From an uncultured bacterium (lineage in GTDB: Bacteria > Edwardsbacteria > AC1 > EtOH8): a stretch of 64,000 nt of DNA. Position 1 is the stretch's first letter. Each line of letters opens with the position of its first letter. The stretch is from contig CAZPNX010000010.1 of the NCBI GenBank assembly GCA_964588285.1, positions 21,319 to 85,318 on the forward strand, in the 5' to 3' direction. Below, in pieces: positions 62,186 to 64,000 of this stretch. The position numbers and the translations under genes are program-made. The notes under the pieces are model-generated. The model searched no databases. It saw only the letters and a list, made by a program, of their open reading frames with translations, and was not told where the DNA came from.

Positions 62186-63337
62186 CTATAGCAAGTTGGC
62201 CATCCGGGCAACCGCTTCTTCTATCCTCGATCTGCCCACCGTCAACGCGATGCGGACATACCACTCCCCGTTCGCCCCGAATCCGATCCCGGGCACCACG
62301 GTCACTTGGGCCTTCTCCAGCAGCAGATTGGCGAACGACATTGAGTCGTGGCCCCTGGGGGTCTTGAGCCATAGGTAGAAGCTGGCCTTGGGAAGCTCGA
62401 ACTCAAGCCCCAGTTTTTTCAGCCCGGCCGCCAGTACGTCCCGCCGCTCCTGGTAGATCCTGCAGTTTTCGGCCACGCAGCCCTGCGGCCCTTCCAGCGC
62501 CGCCACCGCCGCGTACTGAACCGCCTGGAAAACGCCCGAGTCCGAGTTGGTCTTCACTTTGAGCAGGGCCGCCAAGACCTGGCGGTTGCCCACGGCCATG
62601 CCCACCCGCCAACCGGTCATATTGTAGGTCTTGGAAAGAGAGTGAAACTCCAAACAGCATTCTTTTGCCCCGCCGACCTGAAGGATGCTGGGGGGACGAA
62701 AGCCATCAAAGGCTATCTCGGAATAGATGCCATCGTTCAGTATCAGGGTGTCGTGCTCCAAAGCCCAAGCCACCAATTTTTGATAGTAATCCAACCCGGC
62801 TATGGCCGCGGTGGGATTATTGGGATAGCACAGGAAAATGGCCTTGGCGCCGGCCGGAAGTTTCGAAATATCCGGCAGGAACGAGTTCTCCGGCAGCAGC
62901 GGAAAATGGACGACCTTAGCCCCGGCGAACATGCTCTGGGCGGCGTAGACCGGATAGGCCGGGTCCGGGCACAGGACCTTGTCGCCCGGATTGAACAGGG
63001 CCCAAGGAGCGTGGGCCAGGCCGTCCTTGGCTCCCATCAGCGCCACCACCTCCTTGTCCGGATCCAGCTCCACCCCAAACCTTGTCCGGTACCATGAAGA
63101 AACGGCCTGTCGGAACCGCGGCATTCCCTCGTAGGAAGGGTAGCGGTGGTTTTCCGGATTTCCCGCCTGGGCCTTCAAGGCCTCGATGATGTGCGCCGGC
63201 GTCGGCAGGTCCGGATCGCCCACCCCCAGGTCTATGACATCATGGCCGCGGGCCATCAAGGCTGCTTTCTTGGCGTTTATCTCGGCAAAAAGATAGGGGG
63301 GCAGTCTTCCCAGCCGGTCGGCAGGTTTGACGGTCAT
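62186..63337 (-). CDS. dapL: PLP-dependent class I aminotransferase, likely LL-diaminopimelate aminotransferase (DapL-type)
   Basis: Start is at the internal ATG (CAT 63335-63337). The N-terminus is MTVKPADRLGRLPPYLFAEI and the PLP-Lys motif is SLSKTYNMTGWRVG. Its placement with lysC-asd supports DapL. The N-terminal extension in ORF 62186..63544 is non-coding. Confidence 0.75.
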   Translation of the reverse strand: MTVKPADRLGRLPPYLFAEINAKKAALMARGHDVIDLGVGDPDLPTPAHIIEALKAQAGNPENHRYPSYEGMPRFRQAVSSWYRTRFGVELDPDKEVVALMGAKDGLAHAPWALFNPGDKVLCPDPAYPVYAAQSMFAGAKVVHFPLLPENSFLPDISKLPAGAKAIFLCYPNNPTAAIAGLDYYQKLVAWALEHDTLILNDGIYSEIAFDGFRPPSILQVGGAKECCLEFHSLSKTYNMTGWRVGMAVGNRQVLAALLKVKTNSDSGVFQAVQYAAVAALEGPQGCVAENCRIYQERRDVLAAGLKKLGLEFELPKASFYLWLKTPRGHDSMSFANLLLEKAQVTVVPGIGFGANGEWYVRIALTVGRSRIEEAVARMANLL

Positions 63338-64000
63338 AATCTTACTCCCGCCCTGGCCAGCTTCTCCTCGATCCTCTGCATCTTGATCTTGTCGGCCAAT
63401 CCCGCGTCCACGTATTTTCTCAGGGAGGCCAATGCCTCCCTCGTCTCCTTGCCCGATCGGCGGGGGTCGTCCAGCAGCCGCATGCCCAGCAGGTAATGGG
63501 CCTCCAGCTTGTCGGGATTCAACTCCAACGCCCGCCTCAGACAACCGATGGATTCCCGCCTCCTATCCGGCTCGGTCATTGAGTAGGCCAGGTTGTACCA
63601 GGCATCGGCATTCAGGGAATCCGCCTCCAGCGATCGACGGTAGGCCCATTCGGCCGAATCCTTCCGGGCCATGTTGAAATAGACGTACCCCAGATTGAAG
63701 TAGAGGTCAGGATTTCCCGGGAACACCAGCAGGGCCCTTTTGAGCACGTCTACAGCCGCCTTCGGCGAATTCGACTTCTGCAGTGCCTGGGCCAGGGCCA
63801 GGTGGGCCTCCAATTTCCCCGGCTTGAGCTCGATGGCCCGCCGGAAATGGCCTATGGCTTTTTCCCTTTCCCCGGGGGTAAAGAAGCAGACGCCCAGGGC
63901 ATAGTGCGCGTCGGCGAAGCCTGGGTCCTTTTTTACGGCTCCCTGGAAATGCATCACGGCCGCGGCCGTATCGCCGGCCTGGAAGGCGGACACCCCGTCC
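63334..64000 (-). CDS. TPR-repeat protein, probably 5'-truncated by the window edge
   Basis: It has multiple 34-aa TPR units (AHYALGVCFF..., AHLALAQALQ..., LYFNLGYVYF..., AWYNLAYSMT..., AHYLLGMRLL...). The frame stays open to position 64000. Its stop overlaps the dapL start (ATGA). Confidence 0.6.
   Translation of the reverse strand, partial: DGVSAFQAGDTAAAVMHFQGAVKKDPGFADAHYALGVCFFTPGEREKAIGHFRRAIELKPGKLEAHLALAQALQKSNSPKAAVDVLKRALLVFPGNPDLYFNLGYVYFNMARKDSAEWAYRRSLEADSLNADAWYNLAYSMTEPDRRRESIGCLRRALELNPDKLEAHYLLGMRLLDDPRRSGKETREALASLRKYVDAGLADKIKMQRIEEKLARAGVRL

Overview
This 64 kb window has high G+C content (about 65% in the lines I counted) and looks like one densely packed chromosomal segment. 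Every gene I can support is on the minus strand, and many neighbours share overlapping stop/start codons (ATGA, GTGA, TGATG), so the segment reads as a few long operons. Likely lineage is an FCB-superphylum or candidate-phylum bacterium, based on proteins carrying type IX secretion C-terminal domains, a PorV/PorQ-like barrel, DUF3078/DUF3108 proteins and a four-helix-bundle protein. That placement is an inference.

Gene content in transcription order (high to low coordinate):
- TPR protein (edge-truncated).
- Lysine branch: dapL-like aminotransferase, lysC, a small Cys-containing ORF, asd.
- Yip1-family membrane protein.
- SRP RNA (ffs) upstream of dnaX, then recR.
- CsgG/LpoB-like beta-barrel protein, two GT9 heptosyltransferases, DUF3108 protein, deoxyhypusine-synthase-like protein, manC.
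- SPOR lipoprotein, ComFB, an acidic small protein, PorV/PorQ-like outer-membrane protein, GT4 glycosyltransferase.
- FG-GAP repeat protein with a type IX secretion C-terminal sorting domain.
- Surface glycan/lipid-linked sugar cluster: SAM methyltransferase, flippase-like UPF0104 protein, YfhO, Dpm1-like GT2, GT2.
- secA, a Pro/Ala-rich coiled-coil protein, mutM.
- YfcE phosphodiesterase with larE-larB-larC (nickel-pincer cofactor synthesis), with no larA in the window.
- YitT-family protein, DUF3078 protein, tldD, pmbA, a large GNAT, a four-helix-bundle protein, uvrB.
- A strikingly AT-rich island encoding a Tyr-rich barrel-like protein that is translationally coupled to uvrB.
- nadC, then a small GIY-YIG gene bracketed by a local repeat family.
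- P-loop kinase-like protein and a 10-TM membrane protein.
- A translationally coupled four-gene operon: ferredoxin, tungsten/molybdenum aldehyde:ferredoxin oxidoreductase, membrane-anchored SagB-type dehydrogenase, and a secreted 375-aa protein. This is my top candidate for an undescribed system.
- panB, panC, an inserted secreted protein, panD.
- GlmU-like nucleotidyltransferase, LytR_C protein, rsfS, GH13 amylase-family enzyme, membrane protein, argS, purM.
- Molybdopterin cluster: ThiS-like/E1 fusion, MoaD/ThiS, moaA, a heptamer tandem repeat, moaC, DUF559 protein, MOSC protein.
- A partial gene at the 5' edge.

No CRISPR array, rRNA or tRNA was seen. Long plus-strand ORFs are antisense artefacts of the high G+C composition.
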